Source: Thermomicrobia bacterium (GTDB lineage Bacteria > Chloroflexota > Chloroflexia > Thermomicrobiales > UBA6265). From it: 64,000 nucleotides of DNA. The notes under the pieces were generated by a model. The model did no database searches. It was given only the letters and a program-made list of their open reading frames with translations, and was not told where the DNA came from. The position numbers were made by a program, and so were the translations under genes. The stretch's first letter is position 1. Each line of letters begins with the position of its first letter. The DNA lies in the NCBI GenBank assembly GCA_044464585.1, contig JBIQLF010000006.1, forward strand, positions 2,397-66,396, in the 5' to 3' direction. Of the stretch, positions 10,660-20,366 are shown in pieces.

Positions 10660-11028
10660 ATGGCGAGAATTTCTGGAGTCGACCTTCCGCGCGAGAAGCG
10701 TGTCGAGTACGCGCTTCCCTATATTTATGGGATCGGGCTGCACACCAGCCAGAGTCTGCTCGAGCGCACGGGCATCGATCCCAGCACGCGTGTCCGCGAT
10801 CTGACCGATGACGAGGTCAATCGCCTGCGCGAGATCATCGACAAGGAATACCGCGTCGAAGGTGACTTGCGGCGCGAGGTCTCGCTCAACATCAAGCGGC
10901 TGATGGACATTGGCTGCTACCGCGGTTTGCGTCATCGCCGCGGAATGCCGGTGCGCGGTCAGCGTACCCGCACCAACGCGCGCACGCGGCGTGGTCCGAA
11001 GCGCGGTATCGGTATTCGCAAGAAATAA
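10660..11028 (+). CDS. rpsM: 30S ribosomal protein S13
   Basis: [26 protein letters not shown].... Confidence 0.97.
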   Translation: MARISGVDLPREKRVEYALPYIYGIGLHTSQSLLERTGIDPSTRVRDLTDDEVNRLREIIDKEYRVEGDLRREVSLNIKRLMDIGCYRGLRHRRGMPVRGQRTRTNARTRRGPKRGIGIRKK

Positions 11029-11092
11029 CTGATCGGCGGGTCGCGTGGCCGGCCCGCCCGGAACATGAACTGGTAGAGGAGAAACGACAGAT

Positions 11093-11512
11093 ATGTCAGA
11101 GCGTCGACGATCGGGAGGGGCCGCGCGAGGCGGCAAGACGCGCATTCGGCGGCGAGACCGCAAGAATATCCCTCGCGGTAAGGGCTTCATTCGAGCCACC
11201 TTCAATAATACGATCGTGACGCTGACCGATCCGGCTGGCAATGTCATCGCATGGTCGAGCGCTGGCTCGAACGGCTTCAAGGGGTCGCGCAAGAGCACCC
11301 CGTACGCCGCGCAGGTCACGGCCGAGCAGGCCGCCCGCAAGGCGATGGAGCATGGTCTGCGCCAGGTGGATGTCTATGTCAAAGGCCCCGGCTCCGGTCG
11401 CGAAATGGCGATTCGGGCGCTGCAGGCTGCTGGTGTTCAGGTGATTTCGATTACTGATACGACTCCGATTCCCCATAATGGCTGCCGTCCGCCCAAGCGG
11501 CGCCGCGTCTAG
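11093..11512 (+). CDS. rpsK: 30S ribosomal protein S11
   Basis: ...[46 protein letters not shown]. Confidence 0.97.
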   Translation: MSERRRSGGAARGGKTRIRRRDRKNIPRGKGFIRATFNNTIVTLTDPAGNVIAWSSAGSNGFKGSRKSTPYAAQVTAEQAARKAMEHGLRQVDVYVKGPGSGREMAIRALQAAGVQVISITDTTPIPHNGCRPPKRRRV

Positions 11513-11529
11513 GAAGGTACCGACGAGGA

Positions 11530-12174
11530 ATGGCGCGCTATACAGGACCAGTCTGCCGGCTCTGCCGGCGCGAGGGTATCAAGCTCTATTTGAAAGGCGC
11601 CCGCTGTGATGGGCCCAAATGCCCGATCACGCGGAAATCGCCGCCGCGGAATTTCCCACCGGGCCAGCATGGCCAGCGCCGCACGCGGCGTCCATCCGAA
11701 TACGGTCTCCAGCTTCGGGAGAAGCAGAAGGTGCGCCGCTATTACGGCGTGCTGGAAACCCAATTCCGCAAGACCTATGCCGAGGCGGTGCGCAAGGGTG
11801 GCGTGACCGGTGACAACCTGTTGCAGCTGCTCGAATCGCGACTCGACAACACCGTTTTTCGGATGGGCTTTGCCGATTCCCGGCAACAGGCCCGCCAGCT
11901 CGTACGCCACGGGCATTTCACGGTCAACGGCCGCAAGACCGATATCCCCTCGTATCAGGTGCGTGCCGGGGATGTGATTGCGGTGCGCAATGAAAGCCGC
12001 AGCCGCGAGTATTTCACGACTGCCACCGACTTGCTGCAGAGCAAGCAGGCGCCGGAATGGCTGTCGGTAAGCCCGAACGAGCTGAGCGGCCGTGTCATTG
12101 CGCTGCCAACCCGAGATCAGATGGAGATTCCGCAGTTCAACGAAGCGCTGATCGTCGAGTACTACAGCCGGTAA
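11530..12174 (+). CDS. rpsD: 30S ribosomal protein S4
   Basis: [26 protein letters not shown]...; C-terminal S4 domain. Confidence 0.97.
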   Translation: MARYTGPVCRLCRREGIKLYLKGARCDGPKCPITRKSPPRNFPPGQHGQRRTRRPSEYGLQLREKQKVRRYYGVLETQFRKTYAEAVRKGGVTGDNLLQLLESRLDNTVFRMGFADSRQQARQLVRHGHFTVNGRKTDIPSYQVRAGDVIAVRNESRSREYFTTATDLLQSKQAPEWLSVSPNELSGRVIALPTRDQMEIPQFNEALIVEYYSR

Positions 12175-12183
12175 TGCATCTGC

Positions 12184-12211
12184 GCCCCTTCATTGGAAAC
12201 AACGAAGGGGC
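12184..12211 (+). other. Stem-loop between rpsD and rpoA
   Basis: GCCCCTTC-12 nt-GAAGGGGC; no U-tract. Confidence 0.3.
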
Positions 12212-12262
12212 AATGAATGACTCACGTTCGCGTTCCACACTTCTTCAAGGAGGCAGTTCCCG

Positions 12263-13321
12263 TTGTTGGAGCGACCTGGATTTACGATTACAACTGTTGC
12301 CGAGGGTGAGAACTACGGCCGCTATCGCGTCGAGCCGCTCGAGCCTGGATACGGCACCACCCTCGGGAACGCCCTCCGCCGGATTCTGCTGCGATCGCTC
12401 GAAGGCGTTGCGATCTCGCGCGTGCGCATCGATGGGGTCTGGCATGAATTTTCGACGGTCAAGGATGTCCGCGAGGATGTGACCGAGCTCGTCCTGAATC
12501 TCAAGAAGATTCGCCTTCGCCGCGTCATGGATTTGAATGGCGACGTGCGCGCACATCTCTACGTTCGGGGTGATGGCTCGGGAGACAAGGTGGTTACCGC
12601 TGGTGATGTTGCCTGGCCGACCGAAGTGGATGTCATCAATCCCGATCAGGCGATCGCCACCCTGACCGCTCCGGAAGCGGTGCTCGATGTCGATCTCTGG
12701 GTCAATCGCGGCCGCGGTTACAAGGAAGCGGAGCTGCAAGAGACCTTCTCGCTTGGCGAGATTCCGATCGACGCGATCTACACGCCGATCCAGAAGGTCA
12801 ACTATGTCGTCGAGCATACCCGTGTTGGGCAGCAGACCGACTATGACAGTCTGATCCTCGAGATTTTGACCGACGGCACCATCGAGCCGAACGACGCGCT
12901 GTCGGAGGCGGCCCAGATTCTGGTCGAGCACGCCAAGATCTTTGCTGATTTCAATCGTGCGCCTTCGGCGACCGAGACGGCGACGGGCCCTTCGATTCCG
13001 GAGGAAGTCCAGAACACCCGATTGACGGATCTCGGTTTGTCGCCGCGCGTGACCAATGCGCTGCGCAGCCGTGGAATCGAAACGGTGGGACACGTTCTGT
13101 CGACCGATCCCGATACATTGATGTCGATTCGCAATTTCGGACCGCGTTCTCTCAATGAGCTGCGAGATAAGTTGGTCGAATACGGCTATTGGCCGGAAGA
13201 TTCGCCACTCGGTGATGCGCAGGAAAGCGAAACCGAGGACGAGGACATGGACGATATGGCTGCCGCACTGCGCGCGCTTCAGGAGCGCGGTATCGGTGGC
13301 GACCTGGACGACGAGGAGTAG
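12263..13321 (+). CDS. rpoA: DNA-directed RNA polymerase subunit alpha
   Basis: ...[31 protein letters not shown]...; C-terminal ...[21 protein letters not shown] (alpha-CTD) plus acidic tail. Confidence 0.97.
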   Translation: MLERPGFTITTVAEGENYGRYRVEPLEPGYGTTLGNALRRILLRSLEGVAISRVRIDGVWHEFSTVKDVREDVTELVLNLKKIRLRRVMDLNGDVRAHLYVRGDGSGDKVVTAGDVAWPTEVDVINPDQAIATLTAPEAVLDVDLWVNRGRGYKEAELQETFSLGEIPIDAIYTPIQKVNYVVEHTRVGQQTDYDSLILEILTDGTIEPNDALSEAAQILVEHAKIFADFNRAPSATETATGPSIPEEVQNTRLTDLGLSPRVTNALRSRGIETVGHVLSTDPDTLMSIRNFGPRSLNELRDKLVEYGYWPEDSPLGDAQESETEDEDMDDMAAALRALQERGIGGDLDDEE

Positions 13322-13325
13322 AACC

Positions 13326-13679
13326 GTGCGTCACCGAAAGGCTGGCCGAAAACTCGGCCGCAATCCAGCTCAGCGACAGGCGCTCTTCCGCCAGCTCGCC
13401 ATCTCGATGATCCTGCATGAGCGGATCACCACCACCGAGGCCAAGGCCAAAGACTTGCGGCCGGTGATCGAAAAGATGATCACCATCGCGCGCGAGGACT
13501 CGCATGCGAATCGGCATCTGATCATGACCAAAATCGATAATCCGCTTGCGACGACCAAACTCTTCGAGGTCATCGCACCGCGGTATGAATCGACCAACGG
13601 CGGGTATACCCGCATTTCGAAGCTCGAGCCACGACGGGGCGATGCCGCGCCGATGGCGTTGATCGAGTTCGTTGAGTAG
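13326..13679 (+). CDS. rplQ: 50S ribosomal protein L17
   Basis: GTG 13326 inside track ORF 13155..13679; (M)[45 protein letters not shown]. Confidence 0.95.
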   Translation: MRHRKAGRKLGRNPAQRQALFRQLAISMILHERITTTEAKAKDLRPVIEKMITIAREDSHANRHLIMTKIDNPLATTKLFEVIAPRYESTNGGYTRISKLEPRRGDAAPMALIEFVE

Positions 13680-13716
13680 AAAGCGGTTCGACGCTCCGGC
13701 TGCTGGAATCGTCCGC

Positions 13717-14610
13717 ATGCGCGTGATGTACGACGGCAGAGGATTCGTTGGATCGCAACGTCAGGCGAATGCCCGAACCGTTCAGGGCGAGCTGGAACGG
13801 GCATTGGAGGAGATTGCCGGCAAGGCCATCCCAATTCATCTCGCGGGCCGCACCGATCGCGGCGTGCATGCCGCGGGCCAGACAGCCAGTTGTTCCCCGG
13901 AGGGAGTACGAGTTTCGATCTCGCAATTGGCTCGGGCAATGAACGACCATCTGGATCGCGATATTGCCGTGCTGGAGGCGAGTCTGGAGCCCATGGGATT
14001 CCACGCCCGCTATTCGGCGATCTGGCGCGAATATCGGTACCGAATCTGGTCGGGTATCCGGCAGCCGATCGCGGAAGGGGTCGTCTGGGATATTCCCAGG
14101 CCGCTCGATCTCGTTCGCATGGCGGACGGAGCGAATCGCCTCGTTGGCGAACACGACTTTGCGGCGTTTGCATCGGGAGGCGAAGGGGTTCCCTGGTCGG
14201 ACCGGAAGCAACGCCAGCATGGGTCCCTGCGAACCGTTCGAATCTGCGAGGTTCGCCGGCTCGAAAACTGGTGGGGCGCCACCGGGCGGGATGGAACGCT
14301 CATCGAGATTCGGATCGTGGCAAATGGGTTCCTGCCGCGAATGGTCCGCGGAATCGTCGGAACCCTCGTGGAAATAGGGCGCGGCGCGCGCCCGCCGGAA
14401 CTGGTCGATGAGCTTTTCGACATCAAGGACCGGCGTTTCGCGCCAAAGAATGTCCCCGCCGGCGGGTTGACCCTCTGGGCGGTCGGGTACGGAAACGAAC
14501 AGCCAGAGGGCGAGAACCAACCAGCTTCGGAGCTGGAGTCGAGCCGGGGAGTTAGGACAGAATATGGAACGCAGAACCTGGTCACCACGCGCAAAGGACG
14601 TCCAGCATGA
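13717..14610 (+). CDS. truA: tRNA pseudouridine(38-40) synthase TruA
   Basis: MRVMYDGRGFVGSQRQ...LAGRTDRGVHAAGQ catalytic motif; ATG 13717 preferred over track TTG 13672; 3' end overlaps rplM by 47 nt. Confidence 0.9.
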   Translation: MRVMYDGRGFVGSQRQANARTVQGELERALEEIAGKAIPIHLAGRTDRGVHAAGQTASCSPEGVRVSISQLARAMNDHLDRDIAVLEASLEPMGFHARYSAIWREYRYRIWSGIRQPIAEGVVWDIPRPLDLVRMADGANRLVGEHDFAAFASGGEGVPWSDRKQRQHGSLRTVRICEVRRLENWWGATGRDGTLIEIRIVANGFLPRMVRGIVGTLVEIGRGARPPELVDELFDIKDRRFAPKNVPAGGLTLWAVGYGNEQPEGENQPASELESSRGVRTEYGTQNLVTTRKGRPA

Positions 14611-14998
14611 CTGGTACGTGGTCGACGCCGAAGGCAAAACCCTCGGCCGTCTCGCCACGATCATCGCCAGCACGCTGCGCGGCAAGAACAAACCGACCTT
14701 CGCCACCCACATGGACATGGGCGATTACGTCATCGTCGTCAATGCCGACAAAATCGCCGTTTCCGGAAACAAGGAACGCGAAAAGGTCTACAGTCGCCAC
14801 TCCGGTTATCCCGGCGGGCTGACCCAGGTGACGCTGCGGGATGTCCGCGAGAGGCATCCGGAGCGGATCATCAAGTACGCGGTTCGCGGAATGCTTCCCA
14901 AGAATGCACTCGGCGAAGAGCAGCTCCGAAAGCTGAAGGTCTATACCGGAACCTCGCATCCTCACGAAGCACAGCAGCCGAAGGAACTGGCCGTCTAG
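14564..14998 (+). CDS. rplM: 50S ribosomal protein L13
   Basis: ...DVQHDWYVVDAEGKTLGRLATIIASTLRGKNKPTFATHMDMGDYVIVVNADK. Confidence 0.96.
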   Translation: MERRTWSPRAKDVQHDWYVVDAEGKTLGRLATIIASTLRGKNKPTFATHMDMGDYVIVVNADKIAVSGNKEREKVYSRHSGYPGGLTQVTLRDVRERHPERIIKYAVRGMLPKNALGEEQLRKLKVYTGTSHPHEAQQPKELAV

Positions 14999-15018
14999 GC
15001 CGCCAGGAGAGCTAACCA

Positions 15019-15423
15019 ATGGTCGAAACCAAACAGCGATATCTCTACGGAACCGGACGGCGCAAGAACGCGGTGGCGCGTGTCCGGCTCTATCCGGGCA
15101 ATGGCTCGATTCAGGTCAATGGCAAGGAGATGACCGAGTACTTCGGTGGTCGTGGTCTCCTGCATGTGACCGTGCTGCAACCCCTGGTGCTCACCGAGAA
15201 GACGAATCAATACGATATTGTCGTCAAGGTCGTCGGGGGCGGCACATCAGGCCAGGCCGGTGCGGTGCGCCATGGCATCGCCCGTGCGCTCGCGCGCTCC
15301 GAGGACGATCTTCGTGGCTCGCTCAAGCGAGCCGGTTTGCTGACGCGCGATGCTCGCGTGAAAGAACGAAAGAAAGTCGGTCTCAAGCGAGCCCGCAAGG
15401 CGCCTCAGTACACGAAGCGATAA
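15019..15423 (+). CDS. rpsI: 30S ribosomal protein S9
   Basis: ...[20 protein letters not shown]...[19 protein letters not shown]...[17 protein letters not shown]. Confidence 0.97.
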   Translation: MVETKQRYLYGTGRRKNAVARVRLYPGNGSIQVNGKEMTEYFGGRGLLHVTVLQPLVLTEKTNQYDIVVKVVGGGTSGQAGAVRHGIARALARSEDDLRGSLKRAGLLTRDARVKERKKVGLKRARKAPQYTKR

Positions 15424-15442
15424 TCCGCGCCCAACTTTGCAC

Positions 15443-15483
15443 GAACGAAGAACGGCGACGCTCAGCGTCGCCGTTCTTCGTTC
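15443..15483. terminator. Bidirectional terminator-like hairpin (19-bp perfect stem, 3-nt loop) between rpsI and the convergent gene
   Basis: GAACGAAGAACGGCGACGC-tca-GCGTCGCCGTTCTTCGTTC; no clean U-tract on either strand. Confidence 0.6.
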
Positions 15484-15541
15484 TGGTCGATTCCCACTTT
15501 GCTCCGAGGGCGCCGGCAGCCCCGGCGACTCAATTCGCTGT

Positions 15542-16369
15542 CTACTCGAATTCGACCGGGGCCGACAACTCCGTCGTGTATTCTCCAGACGACGAAATCC
15601 GCTGGAATTTCCGGACGACGCGCCCGGTTGCATCGCGGCAGAATGCCTCGATCGTCCGTTCGTTGCGCCAATGCCACCACGGTACGGGCGTCACCAGACT
15701 GATCATTCCATCGAATCCCAATTCGGCGCATGAAGACAACGCGCGATCGGTCAACGATGCGCGGAATCGCCCGTCCAGCGTTCCCGCCGGCATCGCGATC
15801 CGCACCAGCCGAAGCGACGAGATCATCCGATAAACCGACGCCTCGGCTTCCCAGAGCCAATCGACATCCCGGCTGAGATCGAGCGCGATATCGATGTCCC
15901 ATTCCGACGCCTGCATGCGCAGACCGGCCACTGCGCTCAGATGAGCCCGGGGACCATGTGCATGGAATGGGCGCACCGCAATCGCCACGCGGCACTGCTC
16001 CCCGGCAATCTGCCGCAGCCGGATTGCGCTCGATACCTGATTCGCCAGATCGTCCCGAGACCGGTGGTCCGGCCGGTCGATGACGACCGTCGGGCGAAAT
16101 CGAGCATCGAGCACGACTGGGCCAATTGCGGTCACCGAATCGGTTAGCAATACGTCCGCATCGGCCGGTACCCAGATCGCCCGAATCCGTTCCGCGTCCT
16201 CGGCTGGCACCGCGCTCCAGCGCTGCAGTTTGAACCGAATCGATCCGTAGCCATCGAGATCCACACCGCTCAATGGCAACTTGTTCCCCACGTCGAGATA
16301 GGACATTCCCGAAAGCAGGGGACTGCTGGAGGTGGAAAGCAGAAATCGGGGTGTGGAAAGATAGGTCAT
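15542..16369 (-). CDS. Hypothetical protein (275 aa)
   Basis: Balanced amino-acid composition, unlike the Arg-rich alternative frame 15462..16397; no motif I can name with confidence. Confidence 0.55.
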   Translation of the reverse strand: MTYLSTPRFLLSTSSSPLLSGMSYLDVGNKLPLSGVDLDGYGSIRFKLQRWSAVPAEDAERIRAIWVPADADVLLTDSVTAIGPVVLDARFRPTVVIDRPDHRSRDDLANQVSSAIRLRQIAGEQCRVAIAVRPFHAHGPRAHLSAVAGLRMQASEWDIDIALDLSRDVDWLWEAEASVYRMISSLRLVRIAMPAGTLDGRFRASLTDRALSSCAELGFDGMISLVTPVPWWHWRNERTIEAFCRDATGRVVRKFQRISSSGEYTTELSAPVEFE

Positions 16370-16463
16370 CGGAGTTCGTGTTGAAGATTGTCGTCATGGA
16401 CGAACCGGTCGTTGACTGCTAGCCAACGATGATACACCACCCTATGCCTACCGGTTGGCCGAC

Positions 16464-17360
16464 CTATCGTCTCGCGACCGCATCGAGGATGGCGTGCTCG
16501 ACCGCCAATTCCGTCGCAATACCCAGAGCCATGGTCGTCATCAGATCGACCGTGCCGGATTGGAGTCCGACCGCGAAGATGGCATCGCCATCGAGCGGGG
16601 TATGGCAGGGGCGGATCGTGCGCGCCATCCCGTCATGTGCCGCAATCGTCATACGTTCGAGCGCACGGTGGTCTACGGTGGCATCGGTGACCACGATGCC
16701 GATCGTCGTCGATTCCCGCCCTTCACCGGGTAATGACAACTCCAGCAATCCCGGCCGGACATCGGTTTCCAGATCCGGCGTGACCACCTCCCCAGCCGCG
16801 TTCACGACCAGATAGGCTGAGACCAAGCCAGCCGCGCAACGCACATGTGCGGCTCCGAACCCGCCGGCTGATGGCGGCCGGGCCGGATTCACCATGCCGG
16901 TGCGCGCTCCGATGCCGGCCCCAACAGCTCCACGTTCGATGTCGTTCGCCTGCACCGCGGCCAGACAGGCGGCATATCCATGCTCGCTCGTCGGAGACAC
17001 CGCAACGCCCACGGCCAAATCGAAGATGACAGCAGCCGGAACGATCGGAACCGGTCCCGCGGGAGTCGGAAATCCGCGCTGCCGTTCCTGCAGGAAGCGC
17101 ACGACTCCATCGGCGGCGCTCAACCCGGGGGCGCTCCCTCCCGCCAGCACGATGGCGTCGACCGAGCGTACCGATGCACTCGGCCGCAAGAGATCGGTTT
17201 CCCGGGTACCCGGCGCGCCCCCGCGCGCTTCGAACGCCGCCGGCGCCAGCCGATCGAAAAGCACAACCGTGCACCCTGTCAGTGCATCCTTATCGGTCCA
17301 ATGGCCGATCGTGTACGATGCCAATTCGCTCACGAAACAGAAATCTCCATTCCCGGCCAA
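16464..17360 (-). CDS. P1/S58 family peptidase (DmpA-like L-aminopeptidase/D-esterase)
   Basis: ...LTGCTVVLF..., GGAPGTRETDLL, AIVLAGGSAPGL, VPIVPAAVIFDL, STTIGIVVTDATVD, HTPLDGDAIFA, all family-typical blocks. Confidence 0.85.
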   Translation of the reverse strand: MAGNGDFCFVSELASYTIGHWTDKDALTGCTVVLFDRLAPAAFEARGGAPGTRETDLLRPSASVRSVDAIVLAGGSAPGLSAADGVVRFLQERQRGFPTPAGPVPIVPAAVIFDLAVGVAVSPTSEHGYAACLAAVQANDIERGAVGAGIGARTGMVNPARPPSAGGFGAAHVRCAAGLVSAYLVVNAAGEVVTPDLETDVRPGLLELSLPGEGRESTTIGIVVTDATVDHRALERMTIAAHDGMARTIRPCHTPLDGDAIFAVGLQSGTVDLMTTMALGIATELAVEHAILDAVARR

Positions 17361-18106
17361 GCCGGTTCGATCGGTCCTTCGAAGGTCGTCGCCGCCTCGG
17401 CGAGCAGTCGCTCCAATCCCAGTTCTTCCCAGAAATGCGTCAACACGAGCAGTTTGGCTTTGCAGGTCGTCGCCAGGCGCCCGGCTTCGGCGGCGGTCAG
17501 ATGTCCGCGGTCCATGGCCGGCACGTCAGTGGCCAGCAAGGTCGCCTCGCAAACAAGCGTCTCCACGCCGCGAAAGAACGTTCCCAGATTGGTGATCGGT
17601 CCACTGTCGGACGTATACCCAACCGCTCGCTCCGAACCCGCCGGCGCGATTCGCATGGCCCACGCGGGCATTGGATGCTGTGTGGGCGCGAAGTCGATGG
17701 CGATTCCTCCGATATGGAGCGAATCGATCGGGTTGTATTCCTCGGCCTGATAGACCTGGTCGAAGAAGAGCGGCGAATGGTGATCGAGATCCAGCGGCGC
17801 GGCCAGGCCATCGAGAATCGCCCGGCCGCCCGGTGGCAACCAGAGGGGAATGCGTTCCTCGAACGGTTCGGGCGCATAGCGGAAAGCCGCGCGCAAGGTG
17901 ACGAGATCGAGAAAATGATCGACATGCATATGCGAAATCACGATGGCATCGAGCGTCCGAATGTCGATCCAGCGTTTCAACTCGCCCACGGCGCCGCTGC
18001 CGCAATCGATCAGCACATTCGTCGTTCCCGATTGCGCCAGGAAGCTGGAACAACCGGATCCCGCGTTGCCGCCTGCCGCGCCACTGCCCAGCACGATGAT
18101 GTTCAC
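17330..18106 (-). CDS. MBL-fold metallo-hydrolase
   Basis: MNIIVLGSG...LIDCGSG...VISHMHVDHFLD (HxHxDH). Confidence 0.85.
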   Translation of the reverse strand: MNIIVLGSGAAGGNAGSGCSSFLAQSGTTNVLIDCGSGAVGELKRWIDIRTLDAIVISHMHVDHFLDLVTLRAAFRYAPEPFEERIPLWLPPGGRAILDGLAAPLDLDHHSPLFFDQVYQAEEYNPIDSLHIGGIAIDFAPTQHPMPAWAMRIAPAGSERAVGYTSDSGPITNLGTFFRGVETLVCEATLLATDVPAMDRGHLTAAEAGRLATTCKAKLLVLTHFWEELGLERLLAEAATTFEGPIEPAWPGMEISVS

Positions 18107-18834
18107 TGGTCCACCGGTGCGGTTGGTGAGGACGGAGCGGGTCCGTGCGTGGCGGCCACCACCTCGGCGTAATACGCGCAGATATCATTCAGCACGCACA
18201 TTCCGCAACGCGGGTTTCGAGCGTGGCAAACTTCTCGTCCATGCCGGATCGTGTCGATATGGAATGAATACATCGTCTGGCCATCGCTCGGTAGGCAGTG
18301 CTCCAGCACACGTTGGATACCGGTCGCGGTGGTTTCGCCATTGGTGATGCCCAGACGGGTCGTCACCCGTTGAATGTGGGTATCGACCGGGTGCGCCGGC
18401 ATGCCTAGCGCGAAGAGCAACACGCACGAGGCAGTCTTGTCTCCCACCCCGCGAATCGACGTCAACCAGGCGCGCGCTTCGGCAACCGGCATCGACGTCA
18501 GAGAATCGAGGGGAACATGTTCCAGCTCGGCGAGCGCCGTCTGGATCGTCCGGGCTTTCTGCATCGACAATCCCGAAACCCGGATGGCGTCGGCCACATC
18601 GTCCATCGGAGCGGCCAGCACCTCCTCCCAGGTCGGATAACGTCTCCGGAGCTCCAGATATGCTCGCCACGAGGTGGTATCGGTCGTGTTCTGCGAGAGG
18701 ATGGTCGAAATCAATTCTGCGATCGGATCCTCGTTCGGCTGCAAAACCGGGATCCCATAATGATCCTCGAGGCGTCGCCGGACGTCCTCGATACGCGCGC
18801 AGAGCTCATTTGGAACGGGCCGTTTCGGTCGCAT
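18103..18834 (-). CDS. nth: Endonuclease III / HhH-GPD DNA glycosylase with 4Fe-4S cluster
   Basis: ...LISTILSQNTTD..., helix-hairpin-helix LTSIRGVGDKTASCVLLFALG, PVDTH, cluster CHARNPRCGMCVLNDIC. Confidence 0.9.
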   Translation of the reverse strand: MRPKRPVPNELCARIEDVRRRLEDHYGIPVLQPNEDPIAELISTILSQNTTDTTSWRAYLELRRRYPTWEEVLAAPMDDVADAIRVSGLSMQKARTIQTALAELEHVPLDSLTSMPVAEARAWLTSIRGVGDKTASCVLLFALGMPAHPVDTHIQRVTTRLGITNGETTATGIQRVLEHCLPSDGQTMYSFHIDTIRHGREVCHARNPRCGMCVLNDICAYYAEVVAATHGPAPSSPTAPVDQ

Positions 18835-18876
18835 ACTGCGATTGTACGAGTTCCAAACTCAACGAGTGATCGTTCG

Positions 18877-18905
18877 TTGCCAATTCCTCGAACAGCCCGT
18901 ATCCT
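18877..18905 (+). promoter_or_regulatory. Candidate sigma-70-type promoter of the pyrC-carAB leader
   Basis: TTGCCA (18877-82), 17 nt spacer, TATCCT (18900-05). Confidence 0.35.
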
Positions 18906-18987
18906 TACAACTCAGGATGTAGCGGGAACGACCCGCTCTCGTTCGCCGCAAGCAACGTCGCCAGTGGTTGCCGCATCCCGGTCGTCG

Positions 18988-19010
18988 ATCGCACCGAGGT
19001 GCGGTTTTTT
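18988..19010 (+). terminator. Leader terminator/attenuator candidate upstream of pyrC
   Basis: (at)CGCAC-cgag-GTGCG(g)TTTTTT; a T6 run is rare in this GC-rich DNA; no + strand gene lies upstream to terminate. Confidence 0.45.
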
Positions 19011-19028
19011 GTGCGCACGGATTCCCCA

Positions 19029-20366
19029 GTGTCGAAAATACCCGGTTCTATTGCAATCCGAAACGGCCGCGTCATAGACGCTGCTTCTGGTTTCGATGGC
19101 ATGGCCGATCTCCTTCTGGAAGACGGCCGTATTGCGCTTGTTGGAGAAATCCCCCCGGGCAGTGGCGATGCCGAGATCGACGCAACCGGTCTGGTCGTGA
19201 CGCCCGGACTGATCGATATGCACGTCCATCTCCGCCAGCCGGGATTCGACAACAAGGAAACGATCGCCACCGGCACCGCGGCGGCCGCGGCTGGTGGGTT
19301 CACCACCATTTGCTGCATGCCCAATACGCGCCCGGTGCTCGATTCAGCCGCATCGATTGCCATGCTCGACGAGAAGATCGCAGCCGAGGCGACCGTCCGC
19401 GTACTGCCCATTGCCGCGATTTCCGCCGGTCGTCTCGGTCTGAAAGCGGTCGATTACCGGGAAGTCGTGGCCGCGGGCGCCATTGGATTTTCCGATGACG
19501 GTGATAGTTGCGACGATCCGGACATCATGACCGCCGCACTCGGAGCGAGCAAGGAATTCCACCGCCCGGTCATGGTCCATTGCGAAGACAAATCGCTCAT
19601 GGGCGGTTCGATGCACGAGGGGGCGGTCTCGGTTCGCCTCGGGTTGAAGGGACTGCCCGCGCTGGCCGAGGAGCGATTGTTGGCCCGCGATCTCGATCTC
19701 GCCGCAAAGACGGGCGGTTGGCTCTATGCGCTGCACGTCAGCACCGGTGCCGGTATCGAGATGATTCGCCAGGCGAAGGCCTCCGGAGTCCATGTGACCG
19801 CCGAGGCCATGCCACATCATTTGTTGATGACCGATGAGTGGGTTGCCGGTGATCGCACCTTCGTCAATGTCGATGAACCGGCGGGAGTTCCCGGTCTGCC
19901 GGCCGATCCGAATACCAAAGTCAATCCACCGTTGCGGCCCCGGTCGGACACCGAGTTGCTGCTCGCTGCCATCGAGGACGGCGCCTTCGATATCGTTGCC
20001 ACGGACCATGCGCCGCATGCGGCCGAGGACAAGGTGTTCGGGCAATTCGAGACCGCCGCCTTTGGATTGAGCGGACTCGAATTCGGTTTGCCGATGATGC
20101 TTTCGCTCGTGCGTGCCGGCCGAATTTCGCTGCTCGATCTGGTGCGGCTCATGAGCCTGAATCCCGCAATGGTGCTCGGAAGCGATCGCGGGCGTCTCTT
20201 GCCAGGCGCACCGGCTGATATCACCATCATCGATCCGGAAGAACCGTGGGTCGTCGAAGCGGACGAGCTCCGCACCAAAAGTACGAATACCCCCTTACTT
20301 GGAATGACTTTGCGCGGGCGCGCGCGTTACACGATTGTCGATGGGGAGTTGCGATTTGCCGCCTGA
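19029..20366 (+). CDS. pyrC: Dihydroorotase
   Basis: ...IAIRNGRVIDAASGFDGMADLLLEDGRIALVG...TPGLIDMHVHLRQPG...; GTG 19029 is proposed because track start 18999 lies inside the hairpin/T-run; the start is uncertain. Confidence 0.9.
   Translation: MSKIPGSIAIRNGRVIDAASGFDGMADLLLEDGRIALVGEIPPGSGDAEIDATGLVVTPGLIDMHVHLRQPGFDNKETIATGTAAAAAGGFTTICCMPNTRPVLDSAASIAMLDEKIAAEATVRVLPIAAISAGRLGLKAVDYREVVAAGAIGFSDDGDSCDDPDIMTAALGASKEFHRPVMVHCEDKSLMGGSMHEGAVSVRLGLKGLPALAEERLLARDLDLAAKTGGWLYALHVSTGAGIEMIRQAKASGVHVTAEAMPHHLLMTDEWVAGDRTFVNVDEPAGVPGLPADPNTKVNPPLRPRSDTELLLAAIEDGAFDIVATDHAPHAAEDKVFGQFETAAFGLSGLEFGLPMMLSLVRAGRISLLDLVRLMSLNPAMVLGSDRGRLLPGAPADITIIDPEEPWVVEADELRTKSTNTPLLGMTLRGRARYTIVDGELRFAA

Noticed and set aside
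14564-14610. 47-nt truA/rplM overlap as a sign of frameshift or programmed recoding
   Set aside because: Both frames are intact and rplM has a normal N-terminus. The truA tail (…EQPEGENQPASELESSRG…) looks like a non-conserved extension. Nothing in the sequence requires recoding.
15462-16397. Alternative 311-aa frame overlapping the hypothetical gene 15542..16369
   Set aside because: The translation is Arg/Gly/Ser-rich and looks like junk. The 15542..16369 frame has a balanced, globular-looking composition.
18900-19010. PyrR-binding anti-antiterminator in the pyrC leader
   Set aside because: No UCCAGAGAGG-type loop is visible and there is no pyrR in the window, so classical PyrR attenuation cannot be claimed.
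18999-19028. ORF-track start of pyrC at GTG 18999
   Set aside because: The codon lies inside the right arm of the leader hairpin and reads through the T6 run. The conserved dihydroorotase N-terminus (IAIRNGRVID) begins only after GTG 19029. It is kept as an alternative and not fully excluded.
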